From NCBI RefSeq assembly GCF_024521635.1, contig NW_026250416.1, positions 62,001 through 126,000 on the forward strand: a stretch of DNA of 64,000 nt. Direction: 5' to 3'. This DNA is from Tricharina praecox. Lineage: Eukaryota. Positions 13,067 to 24,130 of the stretch are shown here, one piece after another (position 1 is the first letter of the stretch; each line of letters starts with the position of its first letter). The position numbers and the translations under genes are program-made. The notes under the pieces are model-generated. The model did not search any database. It saw only the letters and a list, made by a program, of their open reading frames with translations, and had not been told where the DNA came from.

Positions 13067-15605
13067 TCATGTCCCCCTCGAACCCCACTTTTCGTTCCAT
13101 TCCCCGCTCGGGATATCATCGTCACGAGGTACGATATTGACGCTTCCATCCTTTTCCACCGAGCTCGGGCTATCACTCCTCAGGGTCTCCTGCCCGGTGC
13201 TGACACTATCACCCTTAACGAGGCCCAGCCGCTCCTCTTCCGTCTTTGATCCACCCACTGGCAACTTCTGCTTCCAATTCAAGCCGTGCCTCCCACCGCC
13301 ATCCGACTCCACACTGCCCTGGCTCTCGCTCCGGCCGTGCGCGTTGCGATGTAAGAACTGGAAACTAAACTGTCTTCTCGCCGACTGCCGACTATCCGGT
13401 CGTAGCGAGTCCTTGTCCTTAGACTTGCCTCCCAGGATCGTGCTTGGTTCCGGTACGGCTAGTCTACCGCTTGGAACAGACTGGTATTCGCTTCCGTCTC
13501 TGCTGGTTGTTCGCTGATAGCCTGGTGCGGAGACGGGTGCGGCGGCGAAGTCGTACGTCTTCATCTCAGTCGCCACATCGCCAGCAAACGTGATATGATT
13601 GATGTGCGGGGACGACTGTGACGCCGCCGAGGACTGTATGTTGTCGGGTAATGTCGCGTCTGAGTAGACCCTCGGACGGGTACTAGACATGCCTACGATC
13701 GGGTTGGAGCCACTGATATCTCGGAGATCCCGATGCGGTACGATAGTAGCCAGATCGGTAGGCTCTCTCAAGCTTGCCTTGCTCCGCTTGGTGAGTAGCC
13801 CTCTGACCCTGCCCAAGAAACTCTCGGGATGGGGTTCTTCCCCCTCCGGTTCCTGCCCATACACGCGTTGTCTCATAGCTTCGTCGACCGACATACTACG
13901 TCTCCGGCCGGCAGGATGATCCTCTCGTGCCTCCTCCTCATCGGGAATCCTCGCCATGCCCAACGGCGGATGCTGCCCACTAAGCGTATTTCTTCGGCCG
14001 GGGCGGCCGTGCTCGCCTGTCCACGTCACTCGTCTCTTGACGCCATCCCATTCCACTGTCTCGCCTGCTGACAAAGGCGTGCGCATATCCCGCTGGCGAT
14101 CCTCGTGGATCTTCCTGGCCTCATCAACTTCGGCGGTACGCCTGGCCACCGAAATACGCCGGATTATGGCTGCCGTTCCGCGGATGGCATCGGCTTTAGG
14201 CTCGGACTCGGGTTCGGATTGCTCGGCGACAGTTCTGATCTGATCCAAATCTCCACGGAAGATCTCGGTATCCGGAACGTTCTTTGAGGATTTGGAAAGT
14301 TGCAGGAGGACGACGCCGGAACAAATCTGAAGGAAGCCCATAACTACAGTGGTTATCGATGCCGGAGTGCCCTTAAAGCCGCGGAAGAGGATAGCCGACG
14401 TTACGATCGTCGCCGATGTGAATATCACGTAGTATGTTGGAGTGACTAACGCGGCATTGAACAAATTCAAAGCTTTCTGTTCGCAGTTAGTCTACGCGCT
14501 CGCTGTATGCTAGAGATTGGGTCAATCCATACGTTGAGATAGATAATCTCGACTAGTAAAGTTACGATCACGAATACCAGTAATACGTAGAGAAACCACT
14601 GATTGAACTGCGGTGTTCCGCCAATCTGCGTAACTACCGCGGCACCTAAACCTTGCGTGGCCACGACACTGGAAAGCGAGACACATTAGCATGGGGTGCA
14701 TGTGCCGAGAAATGCTTTGGACTCACCTCAGACCTCCGGTCAGTGAACACACTGTCAGGTAGACCATCATGCTCTTATTCCCGTATTTAGGTGCCACCCA
14801 AATGATGATGCAGATGCAACCGATGATTATGATCCCGGCGTAGACGAGGAACCCGGGCGATATGATGAACTTTTGCATGTCTTGTATAGTCGTGACGGAG
14901 CTTTGCGCGGGGGCGTTGATGGCGATGACGATGGCCCCTATTATACACATGAAACAACCGATCTTTCCGACAAACGACAGTCGTTCTTTGAGGAATATCG
15001 ACGATAATATCGCCGTTATTACTACCGACTGCAGCACATGTCAGAACCAATCTTATCGGGACGTAATTTGCGCCGCGAGAGAGCATACCAGAGCTCCCAA
15101 AGGAGTAACCAAAAGTGCATCCACGAAAGCGTAAGCCGCAAAGTTGCAGATTTCTCCCAAAATCACTGTATAGAGTTTCCGTCAGCACTGTCCTCCTTCC
15201 TTCCTTTCTTCCTCCCTTCATTCCGGCCATCCCCCAACTCCTCTGTTGCCCGCCGAATGCGCCGAATCTTTTCTTCCCTCCTCCCCCGGGTTAAGAATTC
15301 ATACTCAAAATCATCCCAGTCCACCACCACGCATTCTTCAGGTAGCCATAACCCTCACCAGCCTCCTTTCCATCTTTGACGTTTGCTGCTAGCAGCCCTT
15401 TCTTCTTGAGGACGAACGAGATTCCGATGAAGACACCGGATGCGACCGCCAAGGAGACACCGACGGCTTTGAATCTGTATTTACCACCGGCGGTCTCTCG
15501 TCAGTTCTGTCGCGCAACCGGAGGTGCGCTTCGGTACGTAGCGCAGGCTCGGGGTGAAGCTCACATCGGAGGTCGCTCCTGCGTCGAACCGCTAATTCCC
15601 GTCAT
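13067..15605 (-). CDS. NIPA/DUF803 magnesium transporter family membrane protein, 6 exons
   Basis: Spliced frame MTGISGSTQERPPIFKAVGVSLAVASGVFIGISFVLKKKGLL...YLKNAWWWTGM...GEICNFAAYAF...LVTPLGAL...ALNLFNAALVTPTYYV carries typical NIPA motifs. Long cytosolic C-tail. Confidence 0.93.
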
Positions 15606-17742
15606 GATGAAGGGCGGTAGAGACGGAGGGCTGCAGAGCCCTCACGACGAGTAGTGCTGAAAAGAACGGGGTTCGAGGAGGTGGTCCGGGGCCGAGTTGG
15701 AACGAGACTTGCTGGTTGTTGGATGCGGTGGTGCCAGCCGGGGGAGGGGGCACGGCTTTTCGGAGGCAGGTCAAACGGCTCCAATCGCGTGCAGAAGCGA
15801 ACGTAGTGGGTGTGAGTGAAGCGGTAGGGGCGGAGGAAGCCGTGGAACTCGTGAGGCCGATGGGGTTGCGAGGCAGAGGGGGACGCGGCTCGAGGTTGTG
15901 GAGGGTTTCGGAGGTTCGAGGGCAGGTCATTAAACAGTTGTTGTTGTGGCCAGAGAGCAAACAGAGAGGCGGTGTTGCGACTGGTTATTACCCCCGGCGG
16001 ACCCGACGAAGGTAGATATGCAGATAAGATGATTGGGGAGGGGGGAGGGTTGAGTGCGCGCGGCAAAGCAGGGAATATCTACAAGGCCGGGAGTACAGGT
16101 GAGGTACTTGCGACAAATAGCGGTCGGTGCCAATAGTTACCGTACTCTATCAAAACGTCAACGAATTCACTGTCCGTGGAATTTGTTTTGCCTTGGTTTC
16201 GAGGGAGTTGTACAAGAGGCGCCTATCGGTGAACGAGGAGGGTGTGGTGGCTGGACGATCACTTTCCAACACTCTGTCTTCTCCTTCTTTCGTCCAGCTC
16301 CGTGTTTCTCGCTGGCCACGGTGTGTACTCAGTACTTGTTCTTCCCCTCGATGTTCTGTGGGCCGGGTCAGCCACCAATCCAGGCTTTGCCATGGCAACG
16401 AATCCAGTGACGCACTCCCTGCAGCCCGGTAACTGCAGTAGATACTAGACTCTAACAGTCCAACTACTACTTCTATTTCCGTACCACGGTGAGGAAAAAT
16501 GCTACAACCACACCTTGTTTACCTCGCCACCTCCAGGCTACTCTGTACTCTATGTCGCTGCTTCAGGCAACCAAGCAACTTCTGCATGAACAGGAGGGAG
16601 AGCACTCTACTTGACCCATGATATCCAGCACCTCGCCCCTATCAGGAAGCTCGAATGGTCGAGTGGTCGAATGCTCATGCGCGAATGCTCGATTACCTTT
16701 GAGTGGACGGGAGATATGTGGCCGCCACAGCTGCGGAGCTGAAGCATCGCGGTTGTTTGCGCCGGACTTGTGCGTCGAGTGGAGTGCAGGAGAATTGGCC
16801 ACCTTTTCGAGTGTTGCTGCCGCTATATAGGTAGTACTTCGACGCTACATCATCGAGTACGAGTCGCCGTCGGATTTCCGCACCACGGTGCCCACCAGCG
16901 ACCACTGGAGGGGGACCCAGACTACTTACGCAGAGGATCAGGCCATCTAAGGGTGTGGCTATTCAATGGGAGCGATGGTAGCGTAGGAACCCCGCGGAAG
17001 CCGATATCGCGCATCTGGAACGAAGAACCGAGGTTGCTGCTGTTCTGATGGCCATCGTCACGGAGGTTGGATGGGAGGAAGAAGCAAAAGAGAGGGGCGA
17101 GAAGAATGACGAGCTTTGGAAGAAGAAATATAAGCACATAGGCATATAGGAAGCTGATATCGCCCACGTCGGAAACGAAAACGCAGGAACGAAAAACCTT
17201 ACATAAGCCTAGGTCGCGAATCTCTGGCCCGCCGGTTGCCTTATGTAGCATGTGCGCGTCCTCTGATGTCTGGCGAATCTTGCGTGCCGAGACTCACACT
17301 GGTACCCCACTTGAATAAAGATCTCACACGGTAAAATAAAGTTCTTAGATTCGGACAGGGCAGTGGTGTCGATGGATGACAGCTAGGTGGAGGCTTGGAA
17401 TATCCCAAGAGAGATGGACATGATCATCCTCCCGAGTTCTTTGTCCGAGGATGCCTTGAAACCTTCGAAGCTCCCGTAGGTGTTGCACTATGATTTTCTT
17501 GACCTTTAAAAGCTTTCAACTTCATACTTTTCTTGATAGGTAGCGTAGAATGCGACACTAGTTGGTAATAAGTTAGCAGGGTAGATACACTTAGGCGGGC
17601 CGTTGCCCGGAACCCGTGTGGGGATATGTAGGAACTGAGACCCCATTAACTTCCCCACCTCAATCCTCCATTTGAGCACCTCCACAAACTCTCCAGCTCT
17701 CCCTCTATCCACCACTTCCATAGCCTCAATCAGCCACCCACG

Positions 17743-19359
17743 ATGTTGGCCAGAACTGTTCTTCGACAGCGTACCGCTTCGGTCCGCTCTAAGGCTGCCT
17801 TCTCAACCTCTCGCGTACGTCGTGCTGGCACTCTGCCAGCGGCCCATGACAAGGTGTGATTTGCCACCCAGCTCCTCCGCCTTCGGAGTTCTCTAGAGCG
17901 AAATTTAACTTCTTATAGCTCCTACGTGACCACCTTACCACCGCCGACCCAGAAGTCTCCAAGATCCTCGAAGCCGTACGTACACATACAAACCCTAGTA
18001 TTCTGCGGCCGTGACTCACAAGCCTTGCAGGAGAAAAAACGTCAGGTGGAATGCATCAACCTCATTGCATCTGAGAACTTCACATCACAATCTGTCCTCG
18101 ATGCTCTGGGCTCGCCGATGCAGAACAAGTACTCGGAAGGCTACCCCGGCGCACGATACTACGGCGGTAACCAGCAGATCGATGCTGTCGAGACTCTTTG
18201 TCAGAAGCGCGCCCTCGAGGCTTTCGATTTGAATCCGGCGGAATGGGGAGTCAACGTCCAGCCTCTTTCCGGATCTCCGGCGAACCTATATGCGTACTCG
18301 GCGGTGTGCGGACCCCACGACCGGATCATGGGACTCGATCTCCCGCATGGTGGCCATCTCTCGCACGGTTACCAGACACCCACCAAGAAGATTAGTATGA
18401 TCTCGAAGTACTACGAAACCTTGCCATACCGCCTGGACATCGAAACGGGATTGATCGACTACGACAACTTGGCCATGCTCGCCGACCTGTACCGCCCTAA
18501 AGTTATCGTTGCCGGCGCAACGGCGTACTCTCGCTTCATCGACTACTCCCTCATGAAGTCAATTGCCAAGAAGACCGGCGCCTACCTGATGGCGGATATC
18601 GCACATCTCTCCGGTATGATCGCCGCGGGCGTTATTCCATCCCCCTTCAAAGACGCCGACATCGTCACGACAACGACCCATAAATCGTTGCGTGGTCCCA
18701 GAGGAGCCATGATCTTCTTCCGTAAAGGAGTCCGCAGCGTGAAAAAGAACGGCGAAGAAGTCCCGTACGATCTCGAGGGCCCCATCAATGCCTCCGTTTT
18801 CCCCGGCCACCAGGGTGGTCCCCACAACCACACCATCACTGCTCTCGCTGTGGCCCTCGGTCAGGCAAAGACAGCCGAGTTTAAAGAGTATCAGTCGCAG
18901 GTCCTCAAGAACGCCAAGGCCCTTGTCAACAAGCTCCGAACCATGGAGGGTTACGACATTGTTTCCGGCGGCACAGACAACCATCTCGTCCTGCTCGATC
19001 TCCGACCCAAGAAGATCGACGGAGCACGCGTAGAGCGCATTCTGGAGCTGGCCAACATCGTCACCAACAAGAACACTGTGCCCGGCGACAAGAGCGCTCT
19101 CAAGCCCAGTGGATTGCGACTGGGAAGTCCCGCCATGACGACGCGGGGTCTGGACGAGGAGGATTTTGCACAGGTTGCGGAGTTCCTCGGCCGCGGTGTG
19201 GAGATCGCCCGCTCGCTAGATTCGAAGTTTGGTCCCAAGCAGACGTTGAAGGATTACCTCAAGAAGCTCGGCGATGGGACTGACTACCCCGAGATTGAGG
19301 AGTTAAGGAAGGAGGTTGCTGAGTGGACCCGAAAGTTCCCCGTGCCATGGCAGCAGTAA
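17743..19359 (+). CDS. SHM1: Serine hydroxymethyltransferase, mitochondrial-type, 3 exons
   Basis: [35 protein letters not shown] (PLP lysine) and GGTDNHL motifs. Arg/Ser-rich presequence [24 protein letters not shown] in exon 1. Introns end at 17918 and 18030. Confidence 0.96.
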
Positions 19360-19525
19360 GTGTAAGGGGTTGATTGAGAGCGGGGAGTTTTGCTTGCTTA
19401 TGTATATACCGTTCGTTTTTGCTTGACATAGCCGAAGACATTTGCTTGATCATGGTGGATAAGTTGAGTCATATATGCTACATCAGGAGCACTGAAAACC
19501 AGCCGGACGTGAACGACAGGTAATT

Positions 19526-20208
19526 TCACTTTTTGCCGAGACTACGAGTATGACAAGATTCTATAAGCGGTAGGATCCGGTCTTCGAACTCTTCGGGACT
19601 GAAACATAAAACCCAGCGGTCATCCGCTCCACAGAAGGGCTCTCGAGGCTTAATCAGCTGTCGCACGAACCCGCTGCGTTCAGCACTAGGACCAAGAATA
19701 TCTACACCGGCGGCGAATCTTGCTCTTTGAGATACTGCCTTAGCAGTCGATTCACACTGTTCTCTGTTCCTTTCGCCGGACGGCAACTCCTCCTCCAATA
19801 ACTGCGGTCTCGGACAACAGGACCTTCGCTCTACACAGCGCCATCGAAGAACCTGACCATATACTGTCCCAAAAACCCTACAGATTTCCTTGGCAATCTT
19901 GTGTAACATCACCATATGTATGACACTCCATCCATCGCCCCATGCATGACTGATTCAGGCAATAATCATCAACTGTCATTCGACACTTCTATCACAGCAT
20001 AAACTCATTCTTCCTCCATAGGGTTGACTCACAGCTCAGCTCAAATTGATTCGAAGGGCATCAGAATTTGTTTTGGCAGCTCACATTTTGATGTGCTTTC
20101 ATCCATTTCTACATTTTCGTGGAGTCCAAACATACACGCCGTCACTCATATTTTCATTTTTGGCCGTTCTTTCTCCCTCACAATGTCATCCAGAACCCAA
20201 CGGAATAC
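19526..20208 (-). pseudogene. Probable decayed ORF of unknown origin
   Basis: The minus frame from 20208 to 19921 reads as protein-like but has six in-frame stops, all TGA. Region is TpG/CpA rich. Confidence 0.35.
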
Positions 20209-20656
20209 CTATTAACCCGCAATGTAACGCATTGCGGCCGATGCTTCTGAGAACCAGGGGAAATCAATTTAACTCATCTTCAGAGCCGTCTGCCAAACTT
20301 GAAGGATTTGCGGTTAGATTTGGTGGAAATGCTCAGCGCCGCAGCAGCGTGGGAGCTCAACCCGTCGTGACGGCCTTTTGGTCATAGGTCAAGGGCCGTC
20401 CTGCACAAACGACCGCCAACCCTTACGGTCCACACAACGGTCCCCCCCTCCACCGGTTTCCGTCTCCTCACTCTCCTCTTCTCTCAACCACCACACCACT
20501 CACCTCTTCCTTGCCGAGTACTTCTGCGAGTACTTGGTATTCCCCATTCCTTTGACTGCCCCGTCCTCCATCTGTCTTTACTCCTCCCCTCTACAAATCC
20601 ATCCTTTCAGTACCTGCCTCCCCAATCTCTAATTACCCCCCCCCTTAATACAAAAC

Positions 20657-23447
20657 ATGGCGTCTCACTACGCTGCCTCTAAGAGACCCGAGAACGTCGA
20701 AGGCGAGGACGTTGTCGGAGAGAACGCTATCGGCGGGAACGGAGTCGGCGATTCGGAGTCGCTCTCTAGTTCTAACGACCAGAGCGTTGGTTCTTTTGAA
20801 TCCGAGGAAACGATTGTCAAGTCGGACGACACCAGCCAGCCGCAAGCTAGCCTCTCTGTTCGTCGCGGTCACGGCTCTCGACCTATATCCGTAAGTTGTC
20901 CTTCCTTCCTGTTTATCTTCCTGGTTATCCACCATGACAATCGATCGTATGATGGTGAACTCATTGATCATCTGTCCCCAACACATGAGACATGATGTAT
21001 CAATCGTTCCTTTTTGCTTTCGCTCATCTCCAACATTTAAAACATTTGCTGACTACTTGGACCTTACATTGAATGGGACCATGCGCTCCATCATGAGAGA
21101 CATGGCAGTGGCGGATGACATGTCTTCCGTTGTCGCTACTGGAAGAGCGTACTGACTGATCGTTTCTCCTTGACATCCACGATGATCTCGACCAGCTTGT
21201 CGTTCCTAAAGCATGCGGTTTGCATCCAATGCTATTAGCACATAGCTGGTCAGATACACATCAGTCAAGGTAGACTCATCGGTCAACAGCATTCCACTCG
21301 CTCAGTTTTCTAGCCAACGAGACATTAACATCGCTACTGCCTCTCTCTCGTGATGAGCGTGATAAATGTTCCATTCAATGGTTATGGTCCTTCTTGAACA
21401 GGAATATTTGAGTGGATTCAGCAAGGCTGCCATCAAAGACGGCGAAAACTGTGTCAACATTGGTGACTCTTCGGGATCCGGATATAACCGCTTCGAGCAA
21501 CAGAATGAGTACCGTCTTGATCTCCCCCAGCAGACGATGCAGTCTTTTGAAACTATTCTTCCGAGGCTAGATGAATGTAAGTTTTTCCTTTCTCCCCCTC
21601 GGTGGCTGTGGCTCGATCTAACATCTCCAACAGACTTCCATCTGCCCGCTGGTGAACATTTGTTCATCTTGCCAGACGGCGGTGCAATCCACTTTATCGC
21701 TGGAGACAGGCCTCAGGAGTTCTTCGGAAGTGAGGCTTGCGTTGTTCGCAACCACCGGTTCGAGGGCCTCTACTTCCTGAGGACCAACCTCATCATGAAG
21801 ATGGAGGTTCTTCGGCTGATTGCTGGCAACTTTGTTCGCAACGGCTCCGTTGAGAACCGCAACTTCATCTACCTATCGACGCAGGCGCATGTAGGAGAGC
21901 GTGTGGTTGGTATCAACTGCGGCTTGTATGTCGGAGATACCATGGATCCTCTGCCTATCTTCTTCTCGCCTCTGGGACTGGAGATGCACAGCAAGAGCAT
22001 GTTGATGTGCCACTCTCCTTGGGCCACGAACACTATGCGCGAAATAGGTGTCGAGCACAGGCGTCTCGCGGCTCCTCCAATGCTCGCGGCTCCTCCAATG
22101 CCTCAGGGCCCTCCAATGCTCCAGGGCCCTCCAATGCTCCAGGGCCCTCCAATGCTCCAGGGCCCTCCAATGCTCCAGGGCCCTCCAATGCTCCAGGGCC
22201 CTCCAATGCTCACTAGAACCACAAGCGCTGCTTCCGGTTCAAAGTAAGTTGCAGTCATCCGGATCATTCACGACTATTCTTAAGAGTCGAACTAATTCTG
22301 TTCTACAGTGGATTCAATGGAGCGGGTTATGCCAGTCAAGTTCAGATGATGAACAATGCTGGCGCTGCTTCTAGATCAAAGTATGTTGCAGCCGTCCAGA
22401 TCGTTCTCAACTATTCTTAAGAGTCGAACTAATTCTGTTCTATAGTGGAATCAATGGAGCGGGTTATGCCGGTCACGTTCAGGCTATGAACAATGCTGCT
22501 CACGCTCAGGCGATGCACAATGCTGCTCACGTTCAGGCGATGAACAATGCCAGTGCTGGTGCCTCCGAGCCCCATTCGGTGAGTCTCTTCACATACCTTA
22601 GTGGCTCTTCTGTGCCACGGAAACAATGTTGCTTGAGTTATTCCGATGGAATTCTAAATCCTTTCATCAACTTCAATTCTTTCTCGACTAACTGACTGCT
22701 CTCGTATAGATTCTCAAGAGGGAAAACGTATCTGCTCCGGCCACTCCGGCCACCCCTCGGCAGTCCTTCGCATTAGTTGCTCCCAGGACCCCTTCTTCCG
22801 GCAGGAGAGTTATGTTCGAACCGACTACGCCCACTACGCCCACGACCCCAAACACCCCTAGGACTCCGGTTAGGCCTTACACATCGGCTGCCGCGTTCCA
22901 TCCATCCGTTCCCGGTGGAAGTGGTCGCCAGAGTGTTCCTCTTACTCCTCGGCATGCCAATAAGAAGACCAACAATCTCTACAAGACTGAGATGTGCCGC
23001 AACTGGAGTGAGGTTGGAGAGTGCAAGTATGGAAAGTCTTGCCAGTTCGCTCACGGAGCCCAGGAGCTTCGTGTTGTCCAGCGCCATGGCCAGTGGAAAA
23101 CTAAGACTTGCCTGGCATGGGTGAATGGAGGATGCACGTACGGTTCCCGCTGCTGCTACGCTCGTAAGTCCTCGAGGTCTCTCCCCCCATAGTGGCTTAA
23201 ATTTCTAACACATCGATATTTAGATGAGTTCCTTCCCGAGCGGAGGGCTGATACTGCTGCTCAGTCCTACGGTGCCACGACTCGTTGGAGGGAGTCTGGG
23301 GCTTCTGGAGCTCTTGGATTCAGGACTTCCAGGCCTTTGGCCCCGCCGATCCGCAGGATTACCAACACTAACGCTGTTCCTCCCCGTGGTGTCTCTCGCT
23401 TCGCGGACCTTTTCTTGGGTCCCGAGAGTGGAGATGCCACTCGCTAA
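20657..23447 (+). CDS. Tandem CCCH zinc-finger RNA-binding protein (TIS11/tristetraprolin/Cth1-2/Zfs1 family) with unrecognised N-terminal domain, 7 exons
   Basis: LYKTEMC-X8-C-X5-C-X3-H, an 18-residue linker, then WKTKTC-X7-C-X5-C-X3-H (last His split by intron 23164-23223). Introns 20891-21401, 21577-21633, 22244-22308, 22381-22445 and 22579-22709 keep one frame. Stop TAA 23445-23447. Confidence 0.85.
21059..21390 (+). other. Long imperfect rod-like RNA hairpin inside intron 1 of the CCCH gene
   Basis: At least 8 nested complementary blocks with nearly constant coordinate sums. Examples: 21067-79/21368-80, 21089-100/21344-55, 21104-14/21331-41, 21168-74/21264-70, 21190-97/21244-51. Confidence 0.85.
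22071..22211 (+). repeat. Coding 18-bp minisatellite, ~8 units, encoding (A/G)PPML(Q/A)
   Basis: Tandem GGCCCTCCAATGCTCCAG with A-P-P-M-L-A variants at the 5' end. Confidence 0.95.
22225..22497 (+). repeat. 137-bp tandem duplication comprising an intron plus exon
   Basis: Introns 22244-22308 and 22381-22445 are both 65 nt and near-identical. Both are followed by TGGAWTCAATGGAGCGGGTTATGCC. Confidence 0.93.
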
Positions 23448-23840
23448 TCGCGGATCTATGGCGTGGGTGATTCAATTTCGTATCTTGAACTCTCTCTCGG
23501 GAGAGTATAAGCTGACGACGTTCTAATCACCTACCCCCCAAAAAAAGAGACGGGAATATACCTAATCCCATATATCCTAGTCTCAACTTTCCTTTCCTGC
23601 CCCCTTTCCCCTTTGCCCTTTTCCCTTCCCGTGCCCCTTCCCCCTTCCCCCTAAAATTCGATCTGTCCTTCTTGGCATTTCTTTTCCGATGCCCTCTACG
23701 ACATCTCCTTTCTGATTTCACATAGCTCTAGTAAACATTGGGGATTTTACATGTTTTCTGTTTTTTTTCTTCTCATTTGTCTGATGGTTTCCTCCCGAAG
23801 GACCATTGTTGTGATGTTTTGTTCTGTTTTTTTTTCTTTT

Positions 23841-24130
23841 CGTTCTTCATATGTCCGGATATCCGAGGCTCTTTCTGCCTCTATTGTGTCGGAGTGCTCG
23901 GCGGAGCTCTGCCGAAATATCGGTGGACTTCGAAGACTTCACCGACAGGATGTCTGGACATGGGAGGATGAGTATGGTGTTATGTTTTTTTTCTCTGTTT
24001 TTGTTTTCATGCTTCCTATGTCCGGATCTTGTAGGCTCTCAGCCTCTATTCTGTCGGAGCGGAGCTCTGACGAAATCTCGGTGGACTGGGGAGATTTCAC
24101 CGACAGGATGTCCGGATACGGGAAGATGAA
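23841..24130 (+). ncRNA. Two diverged copies (23841-23970, 24006-24130) of a structured RNA motif, probably in the CCCH gene 3' UTR
   Basis: Each copy has a ~23-bp closing stem enclosing three hairpins. Sequences differ but pairing is kept. Copies are flanked by U-rich linkers. Whether it is cis-acting or an independent RNA is unknown. Confidence 0.6.

Noticed and set aside
19357-19365. Stop-codon readthrough giving cryptic peroxisomal signals (checked SHMT, HIS4, DLH)
   Set aside because: No TGA-CTA context and no SKL-like extension.
20930-21390. Box C/D snoRNA in the long intron
   Set aside because: The TGATGA at 21351 lies inside a helix, with no suitably placed downstream CTGA.
23841-24130. 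Hammerhead ribozyme or tRNA identity for the duplicated motif (CTGACGAAA in copy 2)
   Set aside because: The CUGANGA and GAAA elements are not separated by a stem II and are not conserved in copy 1. No tRNA A/B boxes.
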